DNA of 64,000 bases, taken from positions 448,001 through 512,000 of the forward strand of contig CAVOXA010000001.1 of NCBI GenBank assembly GCA_963700285.1, written 5' to 3'. Under the pieces are notes generated by a model. It worked only from the letters and a program-made list of their open reading frames with translations. It was not told the origin of the DNA and did not search any database. How positions within the stretch are numbered: position 1 is the first letter of the stretch; the number at the start of each line of letters is the position of its first letter. The stretch comes from an uncultured Chloroflexia bacterium. GTDB taxonomy: Bacteria > Chloroflexota > Anaerolineae > JAAYZQ01. Below, piece after piece: positions 9,975-22,382 of the stretch. The position numbers and the translations under genes are program-made.

Positions 9975-12732
9975 GTGAAAACGAAATCTATGTGGATGAC
10001 GTTGGTGGTCGCCATGCTTCTCGTGGCCTGCGGGCCCACCGCTTCGCCCGGACCTATCAGCGATGCAACCGATGGTTCGGCTAACAAAGAGAATTCGGCC
10101 GTGACGACGGGGAATGACACGGCAACCACCATCCTCAGCTTTGCCGTATCCATGATGGATCAGAACCGTTACGACAGCCTGATCGATGCTTTCGAGGCCG
10201 AGCACCCGGATGTGCACATCAGCACGGTGTCGATCGAGGAGACGCTGGGTACGGGGCGACGTGGCTCCAACTGGCCCAGCGACGCCTATCTGATCCTGGC
10301 TGCAACGGCCGACGTGATCGGCGCTCCGGCCACACGCGAGGCAGTGCAACAGGGGGCGCTTCTGGACCTGACCACCTTTTTCGAGTCAGACCCGAACCTG
10401 AAGGCCGAAGCCTTTTATCCTGGCGTGCTGGAGAGCGTGCAGTGGCAGGGTGGTACCTGGTCGCTGCCCGTCGAGGCTACCTACCCGATGATCTATTTTG
10501 ACAAATCTCTGTTTGACGCGGCTGGGGTCCCCTATCCCCAGCCGGGCTGGACCTGGGATGATTTCCTGGCGACCGCCCAGGCGATGACTGTTGGTAGTGG
10601 CGATACGGTCAGCCAGTGGGGATTCGTTGAGCCGAGTTTTGACCCGGTGACCTTTGTTCAGGCGCGTGCAGGGCTGCTGTTCAATGCGGACGCCTACCCG
10701 CCGACGGCCAGACTGGACGACTCGGCTGTGGTTGACGCCGTACGCTGGTACACCGACCTATTCCTGACCCACGAGGTGTCGCCTTACTACGCCACGTCGG
10801 CGGAGGGCGGGCCTGGCGGGATGTTTAACAACGAGGGGATGCGGTTGCTCGAGAACGGAAAGGCGGCCATGTGGTTCTTCCCGGGCGGTGGCATGTTCAT
10901 GCGGATGGGCCGGGGCGGACCGGACCAGCAGCAGACGACAGGCGCCGTGCCCTTTCCCGTGTCCAGATCTGACGACCACACCACCCCCGCCGTCGTGGAC
11001 GGCCTGTCCATCAGCGCCGGCACCAACAAAGCGGACCTGGCCTGGCAGTGGATCAGTTTCCTCGCCCAGCAGCCGGCGGGACAGCGCGGTCCCTTCGACG
11101 CCCTCTCCACCGGCACCGTACCGGCCCTGCCTTCGGTGGCGGTTGCTGCTGGCTACTGGGACAACCTTGACGAAGACTTTGCGGCGGCTCTCAAATACGC
11201 GACTGAGCATGCGACCATCGATACCTATGACGGCTCAGGCTACGACACCTTCCGCGCTGCCGTGGTGGACGTGATGGACAACGGTACGGCTATCGAAACG
11301 GCGCTGGCCAGCGCTCAAACTGAGGTGGAGGCCGCCATCGAGGCTGAGGTGGCATCTGCGCCGACGCCGGTTGCCAACCTGGTCGTGGCCGAGGAAGAAC
11401 AGCAAGCCGTGAACGCCGGTGCGGTCATCATCGACTTTGGCCTGAGCGAGGGACGGGGTCGCTTTGGGCAACAGTCCCTGACCACCCTGGTCGATCAGTT
11501 TCAGGCGGCCCATCCGGATATCCTCGTCGAGGTCGATACGCCACAGGGATTTCGTGGCCAACTGGGCCTGGCCGACATGGCTGCCGAGTACGACTGCTTC
11601 CAGGCCGCGCCCAGCTTCGACGACGAGTCGCTGGCGGCGATTGTGAATATGGAGCCTTTCCTGACGACCGATCCAGCCACCAGCAAGGATGACTTTTTCC
11701 CTTCTGTGGTGGAGCAGTTCACCTATCAGGGCCAGTTATGGGGTCTGCCGGGCAGCGTCACGGTCAACTTGATGAACTACAGCAAGGACCTTTTCGACGC
11801 GGCCGACATCGCCTATCCCAGCGTAGATTGGACGAATGGAGATTTTCTGGAGATGGCCGTCGCCTTGACGAAAGGCGATGACGAAGACAAGCAGTACGGC
11901 TATGTGCCCAGCTCCTTTGGGGCCAACGACCTGGTCAGTTTCATGGACCGGTTTGGTGTCGACATGCTGGACGAGTCGGTCGATCCGCCTCGCTTGGTGT
12001 TCAATTCGTCCGGCGTTGTCGAGGCTTTGCGCTGGTACACCAGCCTGGCGACCCAATACGGTGTGCAACCGGTCGTGAGCGAGGACACAGGTGGTTTTCA
12101 GGGCGGTCGGGGCAGGCAGGCGTTGATCAACGAGGGCCGCGCGGCCATGTGGATAGACAGTGGCGGTGACTTTGGCGGACGGGGTGGGTTCGGTGGGCCG
12201 GGTGGATCAGGTGGAGCGACCGACTTGAATACCGGCGCCGTCCCTCTGCCTGCCGGTCCCGACAGCGCCAAGGGCAGCGGCTTCCAATTGGCGGACGGCT
12301 ACTTTATCTCGGCCCAGAGCGATGCGCGGCAGGCTTGTTGGAGCTGGGTCACCTTCCTGACAGAGCAGCCGAACGCGACGTCGGGCCTGCCGGCTCGCCG
12401 GTCGATTGCCGAGTCGGCGGCCTATCGCGAGCAGGTCGGCGCTGAACGGGCAGACGCCTACCTGGCCAGCGTCAGCAGCGGCAGCCGGGCCTCGTTCTTC
12501 CAGCGCGTCTCCGACGAGGGCAACTGGCTCGGGTTCGCCTCCTTCTGGTTGTCCGATGCCTATGATCGCGTCGTCAGCGGTGAGATGACGGTCGAGGAGT
12601 CGCTAGGCCGCCGCTCAGGAGTCGGTGGACGCTTTTCGCGACTGTGTGATCGCTCAAGATGCCTACCAGGACATGGAGACAATGCGGCAGTGCTTTTCCG
12701 AGTCGGGGGCGAATGCGCCGGGGCTGCCCTAG
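9975..12732 (+). CDS. Tandem-domain extracellular solute-binding lipoprotein (sugar-SBP fold), C-terminal frameshift near 12607
   Basis: Lipobox LLVAC; two repeats of FEAEHPD/FQAAHPD...YFDKSLFDAAG/YSKDLFDAAD...WTWDDFL/WTNGDFL...AWQWISFL/CWSWVTFL. The shifted frame ends ...ANAPGLP* at 12732. Confidence 0.85.
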
Positions 12733-12788
12733 CCAGTAGGTGATGGCAGGCAGCAGGTGGGGGTTCCCATCCTACCAGAAGAGGATTG

Positions 12789-13499
12789 ATGACAGGCGGA
12801 GGCAACGAAATAAGACCGATCATCCGCGCGCAGGCCGTGACTCGCGTCTACCGCGTCGACTCGCGGCAGGTTCCGGCCTTGCGCGGCGTGGATTTGGCGA
12901 TTGGTCCGGGCAAGGTGGTGGCTCTGCGTGGCCGGTCGGGTTCGGGCAAAACAACGCTGCTCAACTGCATCGGCGGGCTGGACCGGCCTACCTCGGGCCA
13001 GGTGTGGTTCGAGGGCCGCGAAGTGACGCGTCTGCCGGAACGAGCCTGGGTGAACCTGCGCCGGCGTCGCATCGGTTTCGTCTTTCAGTCCCATGCCCTG
13101 TTGGCCACTTACTCAGCCTGGGAGAACGTGGATCTGATGCTGCGCCTGGCCGGCGTGAGACGGCGCGAGCGGCAGCGGCGCATAGAAGAGGTTCTGGCAC
13201 TGATGGGCCTGACCAAGTGGCGGGATCACCGTACCTTCGAGCTGTCTGGCGGCCAGCAGCAGCGGGTCGCCATCGCCCGGGCAATCGCCCCGCGCCCGTC
13301 GCTCATCTTGGCCGACGAGCCGACCGGTGAGCTGGATTCGGCCACCGGTCAGCAGATCCTGACCCTCTTTCGCCGTATTGCCGACCGGGATGGGACGACG
13401 GTTCTGATCGCCACGCACGACCTTGCCGTGGATGCCTTTGCCGACGAGGTGTACCATTTGCAGGATGGCCGTGTCCTTGAGAGCAGAGCAGGGGTTTAG
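12789..13499 (+). CDS. ABC transporter ATP-binding protein (LolD-like)
   Basis: [27 protein letters not shown]. Confidence 0.93.
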   Translation: MTGGGNEIRPIIRAQAVTRVYRVDSRQVPALRGVDLAIGPGKVVALRGRSGSGKTTLLNCIGGLDRPTSGQVWFEGREVTRLPERAWVNLRRRRIGFVFQSHALLATYSAWENVDLMLRLAGVRRRERQRRIEEVLALMGLTKWRDHRTFELSGGQQQRVAIARAIAPRPSLILADEPTGELDSATGQQILTLFRRIADRDGTTVLIATHDLAVDAFADEVYHLQDGRVLESRAGV

Positions 13500-13883
13500 T
13501 TGGCTAGGACCAGGTGAACAATTGGGATGGTTGAGCAGTATCAGGCTCTGGGAGCAACCTTGCTTCGGACGGTGAGGGGGCCTAGGGTGGAGGGTACGGG
13601 ACAGCGCCGCTGGTAAAGGACTCAAGGACGCGCTGGCCCCTGCCGGTGACCGGCGGCAACTGGCGGTCGCCAGGTGTGGTCGGGCAACTTTCGAACTGCT
13701 GGTACGTACTATATCGTGGTGGAACATACTGAAAACCAACCAGACGTGAGCTATTATCTTCTTAAAGTGGGCGGCGATGGGCACCGTACCCACGGCCCAG
13801 CCAGAGAAAAACAGGATCAAGGGTGTCCCCTGAGGCATGCATGCCAGAGTCCGAACCAGGCGTGGACACGAAGGAGGCAGGAC

Positions 13884-15080
<1,197 letters not shown>

Positions 15081-15206
15081 TCGCAGAATGGCTGCCAGCC
15101 GGGCCTGGTCTTCCGACATCCCTCCCTTGGATGGGGTCAGATGTGACCCGGAAAATGGCCGATCGACGATATCAAATAGGCGAAGGACTAGGAATGAGAG
15201 AAGGTT

Positions 15207-16385
15207 ATGAGTAGGAAGACATCTGTGGGATTCGTGCTATTGTTGATGGTGTTGAGTAGCGTGGCCTGCAATGTTTCTGGAATCTCTGCTTTTCTGGAGG
15301 GGCCGCCGGCCAGTGAAACTACATCGCCTCTGTCGGCTCCGGTTATCGTGGAAGTGACGCCGACGCCGCTTCCCCCTGAGCAGTTGCCGGCGACTAATTC
15401 ATCGGTGATCGATATCGAGGAACAACTGGTCATAGACGTCTATGCTCGGGTCGGCCCGGCGGTCGTGTGCATCACGGCCCCTCAACGCTTTGGCGAGTGC
15501 ATTGGCTCGGGGTTTGTGATCGACCTGCAAGGACACGTGGTTACCAACAACCACGTCGCCGAGGTGGACCCGGAACTGCTAGTCACGCTGGCAGACGAGC
15601 ACTCGGTCCCTGCCGTGGTGGTCGGGGTGGATCCCGGCAGTGACCTGGCCGTGCTACAGATCGACGTGCCACCGGAAGATCTGACCGTGGCCGAGCTTGG
15701 CGCGTCCGCCAACTTGCGGGTAGGTCAGCGGGCCATCGCCATCGGCAACCCCTTTGGCCTGGAACGGACCATCACCACGGGCATCATCAGTTCCTTGGGG
15801 CGGACGCTTCCGCGCGACGACAGCGATTTTCAATTGGCGGAGCTGGTCCAGACCGACGCGGCCATCAATCCAGGCAATTCGGGCGGGCCCCTGCTGGACT
15901 CTCAGGGCAAAGTCATCGGCGTCAATACGGCCATTGCTTCCCGTAGTGGGTCCAATTCGGGCGTGGGCTTTGCCATCCCCGTGGATATTGTCAAGCGCGT
16001 AGTGCCAGAGTTGATCGCCGAGGGACGCTATCGACATCCGTGGCTTGGCGTCTCGGGTGGAACCATCACGCCGGAGTTGGTTGAGGCGGCGCACCTGCCT
16101 GTAGAAATCGGTGTCCTCATTTCCACCGTCGAGCCAGGCAGCCCGGCCGACAGGGCCGGCCTCCGAGGCGGAGACAGGCAGGTGCAGGTTTCCGGCGTGC
16201 AGATGCTGGCCGGCGGAGATATCGTGATCGCTATCGAGGAGGTAGCTGTCAGTCGTTTTGACGATGTGGTCAATTACCTGGCCAGCTTCACAGGCGTCGG
16301 TGACTCGATTACGCTGACCGTGGTGCGTGATGCCGAGGAGATCAAAATCGAGGTCACACTCGAAGAGCGTCCAGGCAACCACTAG
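15207..16385 (+). CDS. HtrA/DegP-family serine protease lipoprotein with PDZ domain (second copy)
   Basis: Lipobox-like SVAC, GSGF, VTNNHV, SDLA, QTDAAINPGNSGGP. Confidence 0.93.
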   Translation: MSRKTSVGFVLLLMVLSSVACNVSGISAFLEGPPASETTSPLSAPVIVEVTPTPLPPEQLPATNSSVIDIEEQLVIDVYARVGPAVVCITAPQRFGECIGSGFVIDLQGHVVTNNHVAEVDPELLVTLADEHSVPAVVVGVDPGSDLAVLQIDVPPEDLTVAELGASANLRVGQRAIAIGNPFGLERTITTGIISSLGRTLPRDDSDFQLAELVQTDAAINPGNSGGPLLDSQGKVIGVNTAIASRSGSNSGVGFAIPVDIVKRVVPELIAEGRYRHPWLGVSGGTITPELVEAAHLPVEIGVLISTVEPGSPADRAGLRGGDRQVQVSGVQMLAGGDIVIAIEEVAVSRFDDVVNYLASFTGVGDSITLTVVRDAEEIKIEVTLEERPGNH

Positions 16386-16425
16386 GGCTATCCTGCTCAC
16401 CGAAGCCTGTGACCGAGAGGGGAGA

Positions 16426-17151
16426 TTGCTAACGGTGCACCGCATACTGGTTGTAGATGATGATCGCGAGATCGTACGACTGGTGCGCGCTTACCTGGAA
16501 AAGAGCGGCTACGAGGTCCTGGTTGCCTACGACGGCGAGATGGCGCTGCATATCCTGCGCCGCGAGCGTCCCGACCTGATGCTTTTGGACCTGATGCTCC
16601 CCCATCGCGATGGTCTGGATGTGACCCGTGTGGTGCGGGGTGACGCGAGCCTGGTTGCCATGCCGATCATCATGCTGACCGCACGTGTCGAGGATCACGA
16701 CAAGATCGTTGGTTTGGAGCTGGGCGCTGACGACTATGTGACCAAGCCGTTCAATCCCAGCGAAGTGGTTGCTCGCGTGCGGGCGGTTTTGCGCCGCGTG
16801 CAGGGCGAGGTGGCGCCACCGAAGGTCATCCGGGCTGGAGCAGTAGTCATCGATTTGGATCGCTACCTGGTGAAGGTGGAGGAACAGCCGTTGCACCTGA
16901 CTCCCACAGAGTTCGCTATGCTGCGGGCTCTGGCCGAGCATCCCGGGCACGCCCTCACCCGGTCAGAGATGATCGAGAAGGGCCTCGGTTACAGTTACGA
17001 GGGCCTGGAGCGGACTGTGGACAGCCACGTCAAGAACCTACGACGCAAGCTGGATGAAGCTGGCGGCGCGGCTTACCTCGTGGAGACGGTGTTCGGCATA
17101 GGCTACCGGCTGGCCACGAGCCACCCGGAAGCCGTGGGAGAAATCGCGTGA
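16426..17151 (+). CDS. OmpR/PhoB-family response regulator (BaeR-like)
   Basis: ILVVDDD, LLDLMLP, GADDYVTKPF, winged helix RTVDSHVKNLRRK...ETVFGIGY. Start codon uncertain (16426 or 16435). Confidence 0.93.
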   Translation: MLTVHRILVVDDDREIVRLVRAYLEKSGYEVLVAYDGEMALHILRRERPDLMLLDLMLPHRDGLDVTRVVRGDASLVAMPIIMLTARVEDHDKIVGLELGADDYVTKPFNPSEVVARVRAVLRRVQGEVAPPKVIRAGAVVIDLDRYLVKVEEQPLHLTPTEFAMLRALAEHPGHALTRSEMIEKGLGYSYEGLERTVDSHVKNLRRKLDEAGGAAYLVETVFGIGYRLATSHPEAVGEIA

Positions 17152-18557
17152 ACCGGTTGCGGGTGCAATTGGCGCTGGCTTTCACCCTGGTGGTCCTGGT
17201 TGCGGTGGGCGCCATCGCCTTTCTTATCAACCGGACCACGGGTACCGCTTTTCGCCAGTATATCACCCACAGCGATGTGAGTGCCTCCGGCAGCGGTGTG
17301 CAGCAACTGGTCGCCTACTACCTCGAGCAAGGCAGTTGGGATGGCGTAGAGAGCTTGCTGGGTGAGGGCGTCTTTCTCACTGGACCCACAGGCGGGCCCC
17401 TGCCCGGCGTGAATCCGCGCAACCGGGGACCAGCTCCGCGGCTGGACGTCATGCTAGCTGATAGCAGTGGCCGGGTTGTCTATGACAGCGCCGGGGAGCG
17501 CGACGGGCGGCGTCTGACTGCCAGGGAAAAATCGAGTGCTCTGATGATCGCCGAGACCGACGATGGGGAGGTGCTGGGCTACCTGCTCTTGTCCGTTCCC
17601 GGCGGTGCGGACAGGCTGGGCCGACTGGAGCAACAGTTCCTGGAGAGAATGAGGAACATCCTGATCGTAGGCGGTGCTGTGGCCGTGGTGCTGGGGTTGG
17701 TTCTGGGGGTGCTCCTGAGCCGGAGCCTGACCGCGCCTCTGCAGCGCCTGGCCACCGCGGCTCGGGCCGTCGCCGCCGGCGACCTGGCCCAGCAGGTCCG
17801 GGTCGAGGGTAGCGCCGAGATGGCTGAGGTTGCGCTTGCGTTCAACGATATGACAGCCGCCCTGGGCGAGTCTGAGCGTCAGCGACAGAACATGGTGGCC
17901 GATACGGCCCACGAATTGCGCACACCCCTCACTGTACTGCAGGGCAACCTGCGCGCTATTCTGGATGGTGTCTATCCCCTGGATCAGGCCGAGATCGCGC
18001 GCCTGTACGATGAGACCCGCCTCCTGAGCCGGCTGGTGGATGATCTGCGGGAGTTGGCCCTGGCCGATGCCGGGCAACTACGGTTGAATCTACGCGCTAC
18101 CGACATAAGGGAAGTCATCCTGTCTACGACTGGGAATCTGGCCCCGGCTGCCGAAGCCCAAGAGGTTACCCTCACGGCTCAGGTGCCAGCCGATCTGCCG
18201 TCCGCCCAGGCTGACCCTGACCGGGTGGCCCAAGTTCTGCGAAACCTGCTGGCAAACGCTGTGCGCCACACGGCGCCAGGGGGTTTGGTCACGGTGACGC
18301 CTGGTCTGGCGAACGACACCGTGGAAATAGCCGTGGCTGATACCGGAGAGGGCATCGCCCCGGCCGATCTGCCCCACGTGTTCGAGCGTTTCTGGCAGGC
18401 CGATCCCGCGCGCCTGCGGGAGGATCGCACGGCCGGTGGCACTGGGCTGGGTTTGTCAGTCGCCCAGAGTCTGGTCGTGGCTCAGGGTGGGCGCATCTGG
18501 GCCGAGAGCACGCTGGGCCAGGGTAGTACCTTCCGCTTCACGCTGCCACTTGCATAG
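17148..18557 (+). CDS. HAMP-domain sensor histidine kinase (BaeS-like)
   Basis: Two TM helices, HAMP, H-box AHELRTPL, N-box NLLANA, DTGEGI, GGTGLGL. Confidence 0.93.
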   Translation: MNRLRVQLALAFTLVVLVAVGAIAFLINRTTGTAFRQYITHSDVSASGSGVQQLVAYYLEQGSWDGVESLLGEGVFLTGPTGGPLPGVNPRNRGPAPRLDVMLADSSGRVVYDSAGERDGRRLTAREKSSALMIAETDDGEVLGYLLLSVPGGADRLGRLEQQFLERMRNILIVGGAVAVVLGLVLGVLLSRSLTAPLQRLATAARAVAAGDLAQQVRVEGSAEMAEVALAFNDMTAALGESERQRQNMVADTAHELRTPLTVLQGNLRAILDGVYPLDQAEIARLYDETRLLSRLVDDLRELALADAGQLRLNLRATDIREVILSTTGNLAPAAEAQEVTLTAQVPADLPSAQADPDRVAQVLRNLLANAVRHTAPGGLVTVTPGLANDTVEIAVADTGEGIAPADLPHVFERFWQADPARLREDRTAGGTGLGLSVAQSLVVAQGGRIWAESTLGQGSTFRFTLPLA

Positions 18558-18638
18558 CAGTGGCAGTGAGCCGACGCAAAGACCTCGCCAGGCTCTTCCT
18601 ACAGGAATACCTTCTCAAGGTCCTGCCTGCCTGCCTGC

Positions 18639-21600
18639 TTAGTGACCGTTCATTGGCTCGCCCCTGAGATATGCCTCCATCCTGGGCATAAAATAGGGGA
18701 TCACCTCCGGCAGCATCTTGGGCATCAGGTTCTCCATGGCCGGCGGCATCAGATCGGGCATCTGCTCCTGCATGGCCTCGGGCATCGGAACCCGCTCGCC
18801 TACAGCGTCCAGCATGGCGGGCATAACCTTGGGCATCATGCCCGGCAAGAGCCGCGGGAACAGGAAGGGCATCATCGGCTTCATCATGGCAATCATTACA
18901 TCTTGCAGTGGCCCTGGCGAGGCCTTGACCATCTTCATCATGCCCTGGAAGGGTTGGGGCATGGCCTGGATCATCTCTGGCAACAGATCGGCCATAAAGG
19001 CGGCCATTGGCTCTGGCTTGAGCAGATTGATCATGGCCTCAAAGACGGCCCACATCTCCAGCGCGTAGTGCGTTGAATCGCCATGCTCAATACCTGCGGC
19101 TTCACAGGTCAGATTGGCCAGGTCCAGGATAGGCAGGTCGCGCCCGGTCTTGTCCGCCGTGACCCGAAGCTGTACCTCGCAGCAGGGGCAGGCAGCCACT
19201 ACAGCTTGAGCGCCGGTAGCTTCGGCCTCCTGCAACCGGAGATCGCCGACGTGCTGGGCAACCGGGGGATCGGCCACCAAGCTCAATACGGAACCACAGC
19301 AGTGGGCTTCCTGCCGGTTGTGTTCCATCTCTACGAGTTCGAGGCCTGGGATGGCCCGCATCAGCTGCCGCGGGGCTTCGTAGATCTGGCCTGCCCTTCC
19401 CATGTGGCAGGAGTCGTGCCAGGTGACCTTCATGTCAACCCGCTGGTCTAGCTGGAATATGCCGGCCTGGATCTGCTTGGCCAGGATTTCGCTATAATGT
19501 TTGGCCTCGAAGGGATAGTCAATGCCAAGCTTTGCGGCCCACTCCGGATAGAACGTGTGCCATACCAGCCAGCAGGCGGGGCAGGAGGTGACCACTGTCC
19601 TGACGCCCCGGGCCTTCATGGCAGCGATGTTGTGCCGCATGATCTCTTCCCAGGAGTCCCACAATCCGGCGACCAGCATCGGGATGCCGCAGCATGCTTC
19701 ATCGGAGCCCAAGTAGGTGAACTCGACACCGGATTTGTGCAGCAGACAGGCGGTGGCCTGGGCGATGTCGTGCTCTACGTAGGAGGCGGTACAGCCGGGG
19801 AAATAGGCGATCTCGGCCTTTTCTGGCAACTCGGCTACTACCTCTTCTGGCATCCACTTGGGCCGGTCGACGCGGTATGCCGCCCAGATGTTGTGCTCTT
19901 TGTGCAGCGACTGGCGCATGATCTCAAAGGGTGGGAAGGTGAGCCGGTCCTCGTCATGGATTAGCTGGCCGCGCATCTTGAGCCAGCTTGGCTCGATGGG
20001 CAGATCCTCGCAGCAGCGCACGTTGCACAGCTCGCAGGTGGTGCAGGCCATGAACGTATCGACCATCTTTTGGTTCCAGTCTTCCCTGCCTTCCATGTAC
20101 TGCCGCAGGAAGTACCACTTGGCCCGAGGTGTCTGGCTCTCCCAGCCGCGGCCATAGTACTGGTCGCACTCGTCCACGCAATAGCCGCACTGGGAGCAGG
20201 CATAGGCGTACCAGGCTACATCGTCGGGGATGCCCCGGCGGCCCTGGCTCTCAATGCGTTCGCCCACGGGGATCTTGGCCGCGTTGCCAAAGACGCGAAC
20301 CAGGGGTTCAAAGGCCCCGGCTAGGCCCATGAAGGCCGACAGCAGCGGCTTGCCTTTGAGGACCTTGTGGGGATTAAAGATGCCCTGTGGATCTAGCTCT
20401 GACTTGAAATCGTCCAGACGCGCCAACCGGTCGGCCCCAAGGATAGATTTGGCCTGGTTGGTGAAGTAGAGGCCGGTAGAGTAGGCCCGGCCGCCGTTCT
20501 CTCTGGCAACTTTGAGCACGGTCAGTGCCAACCCGAAGGCAAAGTTGAATGTGAACTTGCGCTCGTCGTGTAGGATGAAACCCAGCAGCGTCACCTCGCC
20601 GTCGACCCCGTCCATCATGCCTTCCATGACCATCGACAACCGGACCCGATTCCCAATGGCCTGCAACGCGCTTCCCAGGTTCGACAGAGGAACCAATACT
20701 TCGGCAGGGGCGATGCTTGGCCCCAACCGCTTGACGTGCATCAGGTCGAACCGTTCTTCCCATTCGTGGCGGGCAACCTCGTCGTCGACGAGCGTCCCAC
20801 CAGCCTTGCCAAGGATCGCCGTGAGTGGAGCTTCGATGGCCTCCCGGCGCGATTCAGGGGCGACAAAGATGGCGACATAACCCTCCGGTACGACGGGACG
20901 GTGCGATTCCACGGCATGTCCATGTTCCATTGGTGGTGGAAGCTGGTTCTTGAGTTCAGCCATCCTGGGATTGATAAAGTTCACGGACCATAGCGGCAGG
21001 GTTGCCTCCCGGATGGCTTTCAGCGCCACAGCCATGCTGTCGGCTGTTGCAAAGCGAGCACCCCATACTACTTCTTCCTCAAAGGGACGAACCTGGATCG
21101 TTAGCTCGGTGATGAAACCGGTGATCCCTTCCGCATCGCTAATGAGGTCAAGTTCATTTCCACTGATTTCGCGCACCTCGCCACTGGGTAGTACGACGCG
21201 ACAGGAAACGACGCTTCTTCGAAACGCACCGTACTCGTAGGCGCCAAAACCGGCGCCCCCCTGGGCGAGCCAGCCCGCCACCGTTGAGGAAGGTGCGCTA
21301 GAGGGATAGGTGCAAAGGGCAAGCCCTTGTTTGTTTACCTGCTTCTCCAGGCGTTCCCAGACTACTCCCGGTTGAACTGTGACAGTCTTTGCCTCGGAAT
21401 CCACTGCGAGGATCTCATTCATCCATGAGAAATCTACGACAAGGCCTCCCTTTGTCGGTATCACGCCACCGTAGCCCGAGGTCGACTTGCCCCGTGGCAC
21501 CAGGGGGATACCATGGCTCTGGGCAAAGGCAACCAACCGGATCACCTGTTCCTCTGTGAGGGGCTGGACAACGCCCGCAGGCAGCGTGTTGCCGAGGAGG

Positions 21601-21728
21601 GGTTTGACCAGACTTGGCAATGAACCCACGTCGTGGCTGTAGAACATCCGCTCCAGCTTGTCAAAGGTTGCGCGTGGGCCAAAGATTTCCTGCAACTGCT
21701 GCTGCAATGCGGGTGACAGAGATTTCAC
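18639..21728 (-). CDS. FAD-binding oxidoreductase (GlcD-like) fused to 4Fe-4S and two CCG domains (GlcF/HdrD-like) with Met/Pro-rich C-terminus
   Basis: FAD_binding_4 N-terminus (LVPRGKSTSGYGG), LDPQGIFNP, CSQCGYCVDEC, CTTCELCNVRC, CCG motifs, TWHDSCH. GGAGG RBS before GTG 21728. Confidence 0.88.
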   Translation of the reverse strand: MKSLSPALQQQLQEIFGPRATFDKLERMFYSHDVGSLPSLVKPLLGNTLPAGVVQPLTEEQVIRLVAFAQSHGIPLVPRGKSTSGYGGVIPTKGGLVVDFSWMNEILAVDSEAKTVTVQPGVVWERLEKQVNKQGLALCTYPSSAPSSTVAGWLAQGGAGFGAYEYGAFRRSVVSCRVVLPSGEVREISGNELDLISDAEGITGFITELTIQVRPFEEEVVWGARFATADSMAVALKAIREATLPLWSVNFINPRMAELKNQLPPPMEHGHAVESHRPVVPEGYVAIFVAPESRREAIEAPLTAILGKAGGTLVDDEVARHEWEERFDLMHVKRLGPSIAPAEVLVPLSNLGSALQAIGNRVRLSMVMEGMMDGVDGEVTLLGFILHDERKFTFNFAFGLALTVLKVARENGGRAYSTGLYFTNQAKSILGADRLARLDDFKSELDPQGIFNPHKVLKGKPLLSAFMGLAGAFEPLVRVFGNAAKIPVGERIESQGRRGIPDDVAWYAYACSQCGYCVDECDQYYGRGWESQTPRAKWYFLRQYMEGREDWNQKMVDTFMACTTCELCNVRCCEDLPIEPSWLKMRGQLIHDEDRLTFPPFEIMRQSLHKEHNIWAAYRVDRPKWMPEEVVAELPEKAEIAYFPGCTASYVEHDIAQATACLLHKSGVEFTYLGSDEACCGIPMLVAGLWDSWEEIMRHNIAAMKARGVRTVVTSCPACWLVWHTFYPEWAAKLGIDYPFEAKHYSEILAKQIQAGIFQLDQRVDMKVTWHDSCHMGRAGQIYEAPRQLMRAIPGLELVEMEHNRQEAHCCGSVLSLVADPPVAQHVGDLRLQEAEATGAQAVVAACPCCEVQLRVTADKTGRDLPILDLANLTCEAAGIEHGDSTHYALEMWAVFEAMINLLKPEPMAAFMADLLPEMIQAMPQPFQGMMKMVKASPGPLQDVMIAMMKPMMPFLFPRLLPGMMPKVMPAMLDAVGERVPMPEAMQEQMPDLMPPAMENLMPKMLPEVIPYFMPRMEAYLRGEPMNGH

Positions 21729-21914
21729 GGTACTGTTCCTCCGGTGAACAGAGTTGTGTCCTGTGATGCCGTCCACTTGGAGTCATCCACTTGGATGGCA
21801 TTTCTGTGGGTACTGAGTGGATGGCAGCGTGCCAGTCCGGGCAATGGCTGGCAGTATACCATGAAACTACACACGCGTCAATATACAGTACTGATAACGC
21901 ATGCTCGGGCAGAT

Positions 21915-21927
21915 TATTGTAACAATA
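21915..21927. promoter_or_regulatory. Palindromic operator candidate TATTGT-A-ACAATA
   Basis: Inverted repeat in an AT-rich patch between the divergent oxidoreductase and XRE-cupin genes. Confidence 0.45.
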
Positions 21928-22382
21928 TACTGTGTAGTTCTGGAGGCTGTCCATCCTATAGTCACGGCGCGAGTATTTGCATCGCTGCCAAGTTTCGTCG
22001 GACACTCGTAAGCGTCTCACGTTGGGGACATGAATAAAGGGGAAAATACGCCTGAAAGGAGCTTGAGCCTCTGCAAAAGGCCGAAGAACAGGGCTGGCCC
22101 CTGCCCATAATGAACCCTGCCTATCATCACGGAACTGGAGACCCAGCAGCGCAGCTCTCAGCGGATTGTAAATCAACTGATTTCTGGAGATAACAAATCT
22201 ATTCCATCTGTTTCGACTGGACCAAAACACTGAGCCAAGCGGGACGAGGGCGGCTAGGCCCGCTGACCCAACTTGGCAAGTTGTCCCCAACCTGTGACGG
22301 TTACGACACTCTGCTATTCTGTATCGGAGAAATGTGGTATAATCATGATCGGTCAGTCGAGATTGGAGTGAGGTGAAGAGGC

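Noticed and set aside
21780-22380. Gene or ncRNA in the 600-nt divergent gap
   Set aside because: Only short or stop-interrupted frames and no recognisable RNA family; kept as regulatory DNA.
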